Shown: positions 25,816 through 37,100 of the stretch, in pieces | How positions within the stretch are numbered: the stretch's first letter is position 1 | Layout: the number at the start of each line of letters is the position of its first letter | NCBI RefSeq assembly: GCF_020745735.1 | Contig: NC_083429.1 | Span: forward strand, 30,795,877 to 30,859,876 | Source of the DNA: Hemiscyllium ocellatum | Taxonomy: Eukaryota | Length of the DNA stretch: 64,000 nt | Direction of reading: 5' to 3' | The notes under the pieces: generated by a model | The model's database searches: none | Told to the model about the DNA's origin: nothing | The model's input: only the letters and a program-made list of their open reading frames with translations | Translations under genes and position numbers: made by a program

Positions 25816-27139
25816 TAAGTGCTGCCACTTCTTTCTGCTACTTCCTACTCCATCTCTGTTAATGCTTGTGATAAAGCACAGAACAACTGCATGTAACATC
25901 TTCCCTCACCATACAATTCCCAGTACTGAACCTTTTGAGACCTTTGCACTACTGACTCACTCAGGCCAACTCAGAAAATTTTCCTGACCTGCTTCAGTGC
26001 TCACAAATGTCACACCCACTTTCATCTCACTCAATCTCTCCCATTTTGTCATTCCAGGAGAAAACACGGCTGACTCATTTTGTTCCTCACCCTCTGGGAG
26101 GAAAGACCAAGTGAATGGCCATGTCCAAGCCTCTGCATTAATACTGAAAGTTGCCTTTGACTTACTGTCCTGTGTCTACCTTACTGAAAGGCATCTCACT
26201 TAACAGAGGATTACTTCCCTTAGATTTTGAGATATGTCTATTTGCTGGTAGCACATTTGGTGTGTTTGCTGTTGATGCTGCTGGCACATTGTGCGGATAG
26301 GAGATTGACACAGCATGGTGGTGTACAGGAATAAATCTGCCTCTTTGACTGATGATTACAATGATAAGTTTCCTGATTATACGCAAAAAGGCAAGTTAAG
26401 ACAGAAACATTGTGCTCTTGATAACTCCAGCTCAGGAGGCACAGCACTAAAAGGCAAGGAAGGAATGTTGACAACATTTGGGCCAATGCTAATTGACTGA
26501 GAGCTAAGAAAGTAAGTGAGCAGCTGTGAGAAGCAGCCTGCTCCAACCCGTGAGCTGGATGCCTGACCCTGCATGCAAAGCACCTTTGCAGCATGCATCC
26601 CAGTTGTAATTGCCGGTGAATTCCAATGCACAGCATTAAAGTGCAGAAGTGCACTGTAAATGGATTGGACATATGCCATGATGTTGTAGAGAAGTTGGCA
26701 TATACCAGGTACCAGTGCCCATGGGGTGTGCATACCTGCTGCCCATGGACCATGCCCTGAGGTGTTGGTACTGGATGTCCAAATTGGGTCCAGTGGAATG
26801 AGCGGTGAATAGGAGTCATGGCGTATAGATTCATGTGGGGACTTCTCAGACTCTTCTATCTGGCAGGTGTTAGAATAGTTTTAATAAGGAATGATGACAG
26901 ATAAACCCTTCAATAAGCCTTTTGCTGCTCACCAGTGAGAATCTTGACATCTGGAAGCTAGACAGAAAATACAACTTACTGTCCCAATATCAAGAAGGGC
27001 CACACTTGGCTTTGTACATGTTTTCCAAATTTCTCATCAAAGCCCAAATGGTTCAGGGCCTGTGCATTCTGACCCCAGGGCCTTTTTCCATGAATTGGTG
27101 CAAAAACTATAGAATCCTTCCAGCATGAAGACTTCACAT

Positions 27140-27270
27140 ACTCAGTTGAAGAGTGTGGTACTGGAAATGTACAGCCAGTCAGGCAGCATCTGAGGACCGG
27201 GAGAGTTGACGTTTCGGGCACACACCCTTCATCAGGAATGAGGCTTGTTGGCCCAGGGGGCTGAGAGCTT
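27140..27270 (-). mobile_element. Penelope-like 3' end with hammerhead motif, family A
   Basis: Minus strand: CTGATGA-A-GGGT(GTGT)GCCC-GAAAC-GTC. Confidence 0.7.
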
Positions 27271-27663
27271 TTCTGCTGATAAGAAACTGTTCTTCTGAAT
27301 CAACTATTTGTGGTACCTGACTATCTGTTTTTATCATGAAACTGAACAGTGTAAACAGTTAGCAATTCCCAGTTGGCATCATGAGGAAATGAAGAAACTG
27401 GCATCATAAAAGATAAAATGTAAAGAGCAGAAAAAATGTTACAAGAATAACAGCAGAAAGAAAAAAAGTACCTAAAGATATTTATTAACTGTGGAGGGGG
27501 TATAGGGCAATGATGTTTATGGTCTTTTAATATTCAAAGATTTACTTGGATTCTCCACTATTATTCATATTTTGATTTATTCTATCGAAAACCTGTTTAC
27601 CCAGAAGAAATGTTATAACTTAAAAGGGAGCAGAGTAGCAACTTGTATTCCTTTTTGTGTTTA

Positions 27664-27762
27664 CAGAGGGATCTGGATTACCCAGCATTCGATTATTTGG
27701 AATTTGATTAACCGAACAAAATACTGCCTGCCTGTGTCCTTTGGATAATCGAGGCTCCTCTG
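27664..27762. mobile_element. Tc1/mariner MITE, short copy
   Basis: TA-flanked; TIR CAGAGG.A.CT.GATTA.CC. Confidence 0.75.
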
Positions 27763-28241
27763 TATTCCTGAGATGTGAGCATCACTGGCTGGCCGAGAAC
27801 TTATTGTCCATCCCCGGATGCCCATGAGAAGGTGGTGGCAAAAGCTGCCTTCTTGAACCATTGCAGTCCATTTGCTGTCGATAACTCCACAATGCCAATA
27901 GGGAAGGAATTCCAAGATTTTGAGCCAGCACCCCTGAAGGAACAATGTTATAATTCCAGTGGGTGGGTGAGTGGTTTAGAATGGACTAGCCTTTATTGTC
28001 ACATTCACTCAAATGTGTGCTGTGCAGTTTGTAATGTCACCTCTCGGCGTCATGTTAGGTACAGGGTACCTAGGTACAGATACTTTGAGTGTTGTTACAC
28101 AATTGAAATGGTTACAAAAAAAAGGTGGGAATACAGAATTTTAAAAGTCCAGAATGAGAGTAAGAAGTATCTGTAAAGTATTCAAGTTATAGCCCTTTTT
28201 CATTGAGGAGGAGAACTTGCAGGCAATCGCAAGCCGATGTA

Positions 28242-28411
28242 CAGAGGAACCTTAGTTATTTGAAGGACATGGGTAGGCAATATTTCATTCGGTTAATCGA
28301 ATTCCTGATAATCGAATGTCAGATAACATTGTTCGAGCATTGGGACCTTGCGATATTGCTGGATAATCCGATATCCGGATAATCAAATGCTGGATATTCG
28401 AGGTTCCTCTG
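28242..28411. mobile_element. Tc1/mariner MITE, same TIR family as 27664-27762
   Basis: TIR CAGAGGAACC.. / ..CGAGGTTCCTCTG; internal GATAATC repeats. Confidence 0.75.
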
Positions 28412-29439
28412 TGTATGCTGTCCTTGTCCTGTATGGAAGAGATTGTGAGTTTGGAAGGTACTGTCTAACGATTATTCCTGAATTCCTGCAGTGCATCTTG
28501 TAGATGGTACCACTGCTGCTACTGAGCATTGATATTGGAAAGTCTGATGTTTGTGGATGTGTTGCCAATCAAGTGGGTTGCTGTGGCTTGGTGGTGTCCA
28601 GCTTTTTGAATTTTGTTGAACTGCACACACTGAGGCAAGTGAGAAGTGTTCAATCAGTTGTGCCTTGTTGATAGTGCACAGGCTTTCAAGAATCAGGATG
28701 TGTGTTATTCGCTGCAAGATTCCTCGCCTCTGACCTGATTCTGTAGCCATTGTACTTGTATGACTAGTCCAGTTCTGTTTTAGGTAAATGATAATCCCCA
28801 AGGATGGTAGAAAGGGATTCAGCAATGGCGATGGCATTGAATGGCAATGGGCAATGGTTAAATTTTCTCTTGTTGGAGATGATCTTTGCCTGGCATTTGT
28901 GTGGTATGAATGTTTTTTTGCCACTTTTCAGCCCAGGCCTGGATATTGTGGAGATCTTGCTATATTTGGAGATAGGCTGCTTCAGTATTTGAGGAGGCAC
29001 AAATGGTGTTGAACGGTGTGTAGTCATGTGCGAACATCTTCAGTTTTTTTATTCAAATGTGGGATGTGCTTGTCACTGGATAGGACAGCATTATAGTCCA
29101 TCCCTAGCTGCCCTTGAAAAGCTGGTTATGAGCTTCCTTCTCAAACTGCTGCAGTCCATGTGCTTTAGGTCGGTGGAGAGACTTCCATGGTTTTGATGCT
29201 ATGACATTGAAGGAACAACGATCTGTTTCCAAGTCAGGATGCTGAATGTTTTGGACAGGGACTTGCTGGTGTTGGTGTTCCCACGTACCTGCTACCTTGT
29301 CCCAGGTGATATTGGGTATGGGTTTGGAAGAGTTTCTTGATGCCACACTTAGTCAAATGTGGCCTTGATGCCAAGGGCAGTCACTCTTTCCTCACCTCTG
29401 AAAGTCAGCTCTTTTGTTCATGTTTGAACTAAGGCAAAG

Positions 29440-30520
29440 ATCGATTCCATTGAGAAAGAAAGGCTCATTGAGAAGTATATATTAGCAATGTCTAAATAAG
29501 GACATTAAGTATGGCATAAAATTGAGAGAAACATGATAAACCTGCAAAAACTAGTGGTAGTTAAGAAATCTGGATAGATTTTAAGAGCCAGCAAAGAATC
29601 ACTTAAACAAAATAATGAGAAGGAGTGTCGAATATGAGTGAAATTGAGCTCTAATATAAACAAGAAACAAGTAACTAAAGGTGATAATGGACGTTTAAAG
29701 AATGAGTTTTGGAAATTGATAATGGAAAGCTACAAAATGGTAGAGATATTGAACTTGTATCTGACATCACTTTAAAGACTTAGAAACATCCCAAAGACAT
29801 TTCAAAATCCAGAGGCGGAAGAGAACATCATCCGAGCCAGGGGAAAAGCAGTTGTAAAAACCATTAGGCCCAAATGCTGATATTCCCAGAATCCAATGGT
29901 CCACTCCTATTAAAATAAATGGCAGCAGAGATAGGAGGTGCCATGGTTTTAATCTTTCCCAAACTTTTTAGATTCTGGATTAAGATTGGAAAATAAGAAA
30001 TTTAACACATTATGCGAGAAAGGATGAAGAAGACAGAAAGTGGCGGGAAAATTGTTGGAATTTATTATTAAAGAGGCTATATAACAGGATACTTAGAAAA
30101 TTATAAGATCAGATCAATGTAATTTTCGGAAGGGAAATCAGGTTTTTTCTAGTCCATTAGAGCCTTTTGACGAAGAAGCATGGCTTTGTCAAAATGTAGA
30201 TAAAGGCAAATCTGTAGATGTGGTGTTCTTGGATTTCCAAAATGCACTTCCTCAGGCTTGACATGAAGGTTACTATACAAGATAGGAGCACATCATGTGA
30301 GGGGTAACGTATTCACATGGATAAATGATTGGTTAGTTAACAGGAAGCATTGAATAGGGATTAATGGATCTTTTGTACATTGGCAAGCTACGAGCAGCGG
30401 AGTGAATGAAGAGTCAGTGCTCCGACCTCAACTGTATATAATTGCTGTCAATACCTTCTGTGACAGGACCGAATGTATGGCAGCTGAATATCACTTTAGA
30501 TACAGCAAGCCAGTAAATGC
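29440..30520 (+). mobile_element. Degraded CR1 ORF2 (RT region)
   Basis: VDVVFLDFQNA at ~30214-30247; WINDWL at ~30319. Confidence 0.7.
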
Positions 30521-30939
30521 TCCTCAATCCATGATGCCACAGAAAGGAATGCTTACACCCACTTGCAGACAGGGACCTGGAGGTGTTTTGTGATCAAGAA
30601 AAGGGACAATGCTTTTTGCTACGGACTGTCACAGAAGGCCACACCATCAGATCAAGCCATTACTGATTCAGGTAGCAGCCCTGGTCAGTGCTTGTTTCTC
30701 AGGTTAGAATAGGTCTTCAGGAAAGAGGTCAAAGGTTTTCTGCACTAGACAAAGGTGAGTGCGACTATTTTCTTTCTGCTCTATCACACTCACAGGACTC
30801 ATTCTAACTCTGGCTAACTCTTAGTTTTGGATTTACTTTGTTGATGGTTAAGCAATCAAACAATTGTGTATGTTGTATGTTGTTATTGACCAAATATTAC
30901 TTTATATAAATTCAAAGATACCTTTTCCCATCATGCTCA

Positions 30940-32000
30940 CTTTAAGAGTGGAATTCCCCCAACCAGAGTCAAAGACTCAGGAGGCAGACATGAAAGAGGC
31001 ACATAGCAGAATTTTATTTCAGCAAAACCAGTTAATGAAGCAAGAAGGCCAAAGAATCTTCCCCAAATCTGGATACGACGTGAAAACACAATCATTTTCT
31101 TACTCATCAGCTCGGATCAGAAATCAATTGCACACTCTGATTTTACAGTTTTTATACATTTTGTGTTACAATGATCATACACAATGTTCTTATTGTATCC
31201 TCCCCTTCACCCCGGGGGACCAATCTTGTAAAACACCTGATGGACAGCCCCAGGTTCTGAGTTTTTTATATGGTATTTAATCATTATTGTAATTTCTAGG
31301 TCTTGAGATCTTTTTATGTTGCAGTGTAAAGTTACTGGCTGACTTCTTTTGGTCATGCTTATCACTTAAGGACTCCTTGAATGCTATTGTCCATTGTTCT
31401 GGTTATCAAATTCCATTATCTCTTTTTGTATAAAATGTTGATTCTGTTATTAAAACCTCATGATATTAATAATAATTAGAACTTTTTAATTATTTGTATT
31501 GTTAACATTTTTTAGCTAACCAGACAAGATATACCAGGCATTTCTTTGATGTTTTATAATTGTATTGAAATCTCTGTGATTATTTAAAGAATCTTTAACT
31601 AGAACTTACTAACAATGTAAATAGTTTCAAAGGGACAGCTAATTTCTGCAAGATATATTTAGCTACTGTATTTATGGCCGAGCACATCCTTAATGAGACT
31701 AGAATTAATTACTTATTGTAGCCATTTTTCAAAGTTTTTGAGTTACAGTTTCATTTTGTTATGAATCTTGCAACTTTTAAAAAATCTTCTTCATCGCTGT
31801 CTTTGCATTCGTTGGAATCTTGACAATCAGATAATGTTTTTTTTTGCTTTGGAATGATTCCCTTTTCAAAGGCACCTTTTTTGTTGAGGTAGGCTTTTTA
31901 AATTTTGGCCATCTTGTGTCTCTTAAAAATAAGCTGTTCAATCAAGCTTTTCTTTAAGGTGCGGCCATTTTGTGTCTCTTAAAAATAGGCAGCTCCAACA
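30940..32000 (-). mobile_element. Solo LTR-like region
   Basis: Minus-strand TATAAA (~31152) about 140 nt before AATAAA (~31015); 28-bp direct repeat at 31907-31934 and 31963-31990; boundaries unclear. Confidence 0.4.
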
Positions 32001-32857
32001 CTCACTAAAATATCTTCCCTACGAGTAGATTGCCTGTGTGGTATTTCTGCTGGTGATTGTCGATGTTTTGACTGTAATGTCAAGAATAAAGTTGGTTGAT
32101 TATGAATTACCACAATCACAACATCTAATATTGACAGTTTGCTAAATTGTTAAATAGATCTCCTAATAACAGAGCATGACAAGCCTATGGTTAGATGTGA
32201 GAGCATACGGCTTTCATGTATTTATATTTCCAAATCCCCCTTTACAACTTCAGTGCACTTGAAGTAACTATGTTTAGAGTATTTAGGAAATACCAGTGAA
32301 GTGTTTGGAAGTCTGCATGCTGATACTTTGAAGCCAATTTGATGAAAATTGTTGATAAAGTCAGCCTGCATATTGACAGCTTCTTTTAAATTTGAGTTTC
32401 CTTGTCAGAAGAAAAATGGATGAAATGATTGTGTTTGTTTCATTCTTTAACATCTTCACAGTTAGGTTATACAGTCAACTTTTCAGGTTTAGTTTGATCT
32501 GTATCACTAATGTGGCCTTGACCCATCCTTTCCCACCAATTAATTTGATTAATTTCATTCCTGGTAATGAAAAGTCTTTGCAATTCTAGGAATAAAGGTA
32601 ACTTTAGCAACAACTGTACTGTGGCCTCCTGGGATTCTGTGGTTTCTGATGTTAGCGGCTGAGATAAAGCATGACTTGGAGCAAGTTAAGGCAATGCAGA
32701 AGATTTTTTAAAAAGTTTAAGTCCATTAATACATCAGTTTCGTTCATTTCAAAAGTGAGACCTCATCTATGCAATGACTAAGTTCCACAGTGTGATTGTA
32801 TTATTTGGCTTTACCACATTTAATTACATCTAGATTTGCCAAAACTGGATGTAGTTA

Positions 32858-33099
32858 GGAACAAAAAACAGAAATTGTCAGAGAAACTCAGTAGGTCTGG
32901 CAGCATCAGTGCAATGAATGTATTCAATGTTTCAGGTCCAGTGAAGCTTCTTCAGAATAGCTTTCAAATGAGGTCATTGGACCTGAAATATTGAAACTGC
33001 GTTCTCTCCACAGATGCTGTCAGACCTGCTGAGTTTCTCCAGCATTTTCTGTTTTAGTTTCAGACTTTCAGCATCAGCAGTTTTTTTTGTTTCTTGTTA
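32858..33099. mobile_element. Fold-back element, family B, with near-perfect 10-bp TSD
   Basis: gatgtagtta (32848-32857) and gatgtaatta (33100-33109) flank inverted arms. Confidence 0.7.
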
Positions 33100-33144
33100 G
33101 ATGTAATTAATATTCATTGTCATCACATGATGAATCACCCTGCC

Positions 33145-33146
<2 letters not shown>

Positions 33147-33180
<34 letters not shown>
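33147..33180. repeat. (CA)17 microsatellite
   Basis: Direct reading. Confidence 0.97.
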
Positions 33181-33181
<1 letters not shown>

Positions 33182-33709
33182 TCCCTCAAACATGTTGCAA
33201 CAAATATGCTTTGAAAGTATTATAGCTTCATGCATCCTAGATGATTCCATGCTGCCTTTATGGCTTATCTAATCAATGTAGTAACGATAACGAATTACTT
33301 CATTTACCCACAGTTGGATCAAATTACCCAAGATTGATTCCCTCAGACGAATTAAATGTCTGAGCCTTAGATTAAACATTCATAGGTTTTAGGCTCAAAT
33401 GAAATGCAGAGACTTATCACCCAGGCAGGAGAAAAGTTATTGTATCATCTTAGTTCTCAATGTTTCTACAGAGACAATCCATATAGTCATGAACAATTAT
33501 TGAATACGAATTAAATGAAAAAGGCATGAATTAAAAACACAACTGCTAACATTCTCAGACAAACTATTTGTTGTTTTATGTTCTTGGAGACTGAAATAAT
33601 GCCAATTACTTGCAAGTAATGTCTGACGTCATTTTTGTGGTGAAACTTTTCAGGGTGAATGTCATACTGGTTTTAGGTTCCTTACATCTATTGTCTCTCT
33701 CAAACACAA

Positions 33710-33715
33710 TTTAAT
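33710..33715 (-). terminator. Candidate poly(A) signal ATTAAA for the minus-strand gene
   Basis: About 360 nt downstream of the stop; common motif in AT-rich DNA. Confidence 0.25.
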
Positions 33716-34071
33716 AAATTGATGTCAAAAATGTGGCAAGTAATATCAACTAAATCAACAGGGTGAGACGAGATATTCTCTAAACAACCTGTTAGAATTG
33801 GCATTATACACTTCTGGAAAACGTGGGACTTGAATCCAACCTCGTGGCTCAGTGGTAGGGATATATCACAGCAGTTAGCTAATGCTCATCACTGGGCATA
33901 GTACCTACAGCTGATGCTATGGTGAGAAGAACATTTGTTTTGTGAAATGGTGGGGCAGCTGAGGGCCTTCAGCAACATGTTAGATTTGCCTATGCATGAG
34001 TGAATTGCTGGACGAGATGGCACTTTGGAGAGAAAAAACTTGACAGATTGGAAATAAAAATCCCAAGATGT

Positions 34072-34165
34072 TCATAACTTTGATGTTATTTCCTCATGAA
34101 CATCAGCATCTTCCACAGGGTCAACTTCGCATGATTTTCCTTGGTTCTCACATTGCTTTGAATTC
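34072..34165 (-). CDS. Exon 7, terminal coding exon (R)NSKQCENQGKSCEVDPVEDADVHEEITSKL*
   Basis: Acceptor ttgtttatctcattag|; open for 30 codons in the phase-2 frame required by exon 6; TGA at 34072-34074. Confidence 0.68.
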
Positions 34166-37100
34166 CTAATGAGATAAACAATGGTAACACACTAAAATTA
34201 ATTCTCTCATTCTGCAGCAGTAAAGTTTCCAAAGATTATCCTATGAAAATAAAACATAAAGTGTGTGTGGCAAATTAATCTCTAAATGTGTTGCTGGTTA
34301 AAGCACAGCAGGTTAGGCAGCATCCAAGGAGCAGGAAATTCGACATTTCGGGCCAGAGCCCTTCATCAGGAATGAATCAGGACTCTGGCCCGAAACGTCG
34401 AATTTCCTGTTCCTTGGATGCTGCCTGACCTGCTGTGCTTTAGCCAGCAACACGTTTTCAGCTCTGATCTCCAGCATCTGCAGACCTCACTATTTACTCA
34501 AATTAATCTCTAAAGTCAGCTTCTTCCATAGAGTACAACCAACTCTGAATCATTGAATGTAGAACATAGGACATTGCAGCACAGGAACAGGTCCTTTGGT
34601 CAATGATGTTGTGCTGATCATGACACCAAATGAAACTAATCCCTTCTGCCTGCCCTTGGTCCATACCTCTCCATTCCTTGCACATTCATTTGCTTATCTA
34701 AAAATTTCTTAAATGCCCCCGTCATAGCAAAAACTAAATTTCCAGAAATTGCTGGAAAAGCTCAGCAGGTCTGGTAGCACCTGTGGAGAGAAATCAGGGT
34801 TAATGTTTTGGGTCCAGTTCTGAGTAGACCTGTTTTTCCAGCAATTTCTGTTTTTGTTTCTGATTTCCAGTGTACTCAGTTCTTTTGGTTCTTAAAACCT
34901 ATTGTGTCATTGATTCATCTCACTCCATTTATTGTTGACTGCAGCCATGATGAGTTATTTCACCAAATCATGACAAACCAGGTAATGCCACTGTGAGGGA
35001 TAAGGTTGTCTGGATAAAAGGGCTTTAAGGCAATCCAAGCAAGTTATTGTCCTGTAATTTACTTACTAAAATTCTCACAAAGATCTGGTAGAGTATAGCT
35101 CCCTGCTTCTCAAACCACAGTGCCCATTCTGACTGCCTCTGAGTGAAGCTGAATGACCTAGGCTCTGAGGGAATGAAATGAATGTTATATGTATTTGGAT
35201 ATTTGAGAAGAGGTAATAATTATTTATGAAACAGTGGCTAAATGTTTTTCCTTTCATTTTGTGATGTGCTTTTTTTTATTGTGAAGCTCCAATAAGGACC
35301 TAGAATTTAGATTTTATAAATGCACGGTAAGACATCTGTATTCTGTTGTCCTGTGTTCATGTTTGGGTAATTCCATTTCTCTCTCTTGACATGAAATGTA
35401 ATTCATTCCTCTGTTCTCCACTGTTAGCCATTTTCTAACCCTATGTATTCTGTCCCTATTCAATAACACTTTCAATAAGTGTAAGGAGGTCGTGGACTTT
35501 GTCACTAAGATTGAGACTATCCATTCTGCTGCTCCAACAACTTCTCCGTCTCTTTACCTGCTAAGCTATCGCAGCCTGTCCTTCACCTTTATCCAGTTTT
35601 TCATTCATTTCTCACCTTTGAGTCATTTTATCTATGAGGCCTTGACACCAATTTTACTAAATTGTCCTGCTTTTCTGGTTCCCAACCTTACTGACATTAT
35701 AAATAGCTCCCCCTTGTCAAGCATTTCTCTTTGCTTTTACATTGCTTCTTGAAAAAAAATACACCAGATTTCTCTGAGAAACTCTAAATCATTACCCTCC
35801 CTCTAGCCTCTTTTTCTCTTGTTTTGACTGTGACCATGGCACTGTATTGCATTTTATGTTTTTTGATTTCTCTGGAGCCTATTATAATAAATCATATCAT
35901 CCTCATCTCCATGTGTCTCCCATGTTACTAGCTCAGGAGAATCATCCTTGTCAGGTTCCAAGTCACCCATCCCCCCCAAAACAGAGCGTCTCCGGCAACA
36001 GCTTCTCTCCTAGCCCACCTGACTTCTTCCAGAGCCAACCAGGAATCAATCCTTTATCCAATCCATCTCCTGGCCTGCATGTTATCTGAAGATTTGTAGT
36101 TAACTTGCATAGAGATACTGGTAATGGGTGCCTCCAATGTATACCTCAAACTGTACATTTCCTTTGTGTTAGAATGAGGCATCCAGTTCAAGCAGGGATC
36201 AAGCAATAGGGCTGGTTTTTAATGTAACTGACCAGCCTGGAATGGGTGGTCTATAGACAACATAGTGTGCTTACAGCACAAAAGGGAACTATTGGGCCCA
36301 TACTGTTGGTGTTGTCCCTCTGAACAAGGAATTCCCCTCATGGCAGTCCCCGAACTTTCCCCAAAGCTGGAAACTGTTACTTTTTTCAGGTAGTCCTCAA
36401 ATTGACTTTTGAAAGCTTCAATTGGCCCCAACTTCGCCACACTTTCAGTAAGACATGGGAAACCCAGACATCAGGGCTCCCCCATGTAGTCTGGAAGTGT
36501 GTGTGTCATTGCCAACTGATTTCTCCAAATGTACAGACCTGGCTTTCACTTCTACAAGGATGATTACGGAAGCAATGTTGATAACTCATATGGGGACTCA
36601 TGTCTTTATCCTGGAAAGGTCAATTCTGAGCTTAGGTTTATTCTGGGCTCGTATGGGATGGTGATCCTGGCAGATTCATAGTGGGGATGTGGTCAGAAGT
36701 TTTGGGGGAAAATTGGAGACCTTGATCCTGGGGTTGACTTGGAGACTGTGGGGGCTGGGGAATGTTGATGGTTTTTGAAATAAGAGAGCTGGTATTTATT
36801 GCTTCAAGCCTGATAATTGCAACATCCTCCTGGTTGGAGCCCTGTTGTTTACTCTCGGAAACTTCAGTTCAGTTGAACTCTGATAACTGCGAGAGTACAA
36901 AACAAACTTAGTGCCTGTCTGAGGTTTAGAATTTCCTGTACATACATAGCAATGATTAGGGTTTGTTTCCTGTGTGCATAGTGCTCTGCAAATTATCTTG
37001 AACAATTGTTGATTCAGCAGTTATACTAGATTACTTACAGTGTGGAAACAGGCCCTTCGGCCCAACAAGTCCACACCGACCCGCCGAAGTGCAACCCACC

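Noticed and set aside
35158-35164. Acceptor giving an immediate RA* ending
   Set aside because: Plausible site but no support over the long open terminal exon at 34072-34165; kept only as a possible isoform
36796-36927. Alternative cytoplasmic exon GNSKPQTG.. after the TM exon
   Set aside because: Weak pyrimidine tract (gctatgtatgtacag); the 37374-37398 plus 34072-34165 path has better sites. Not formally excluded.
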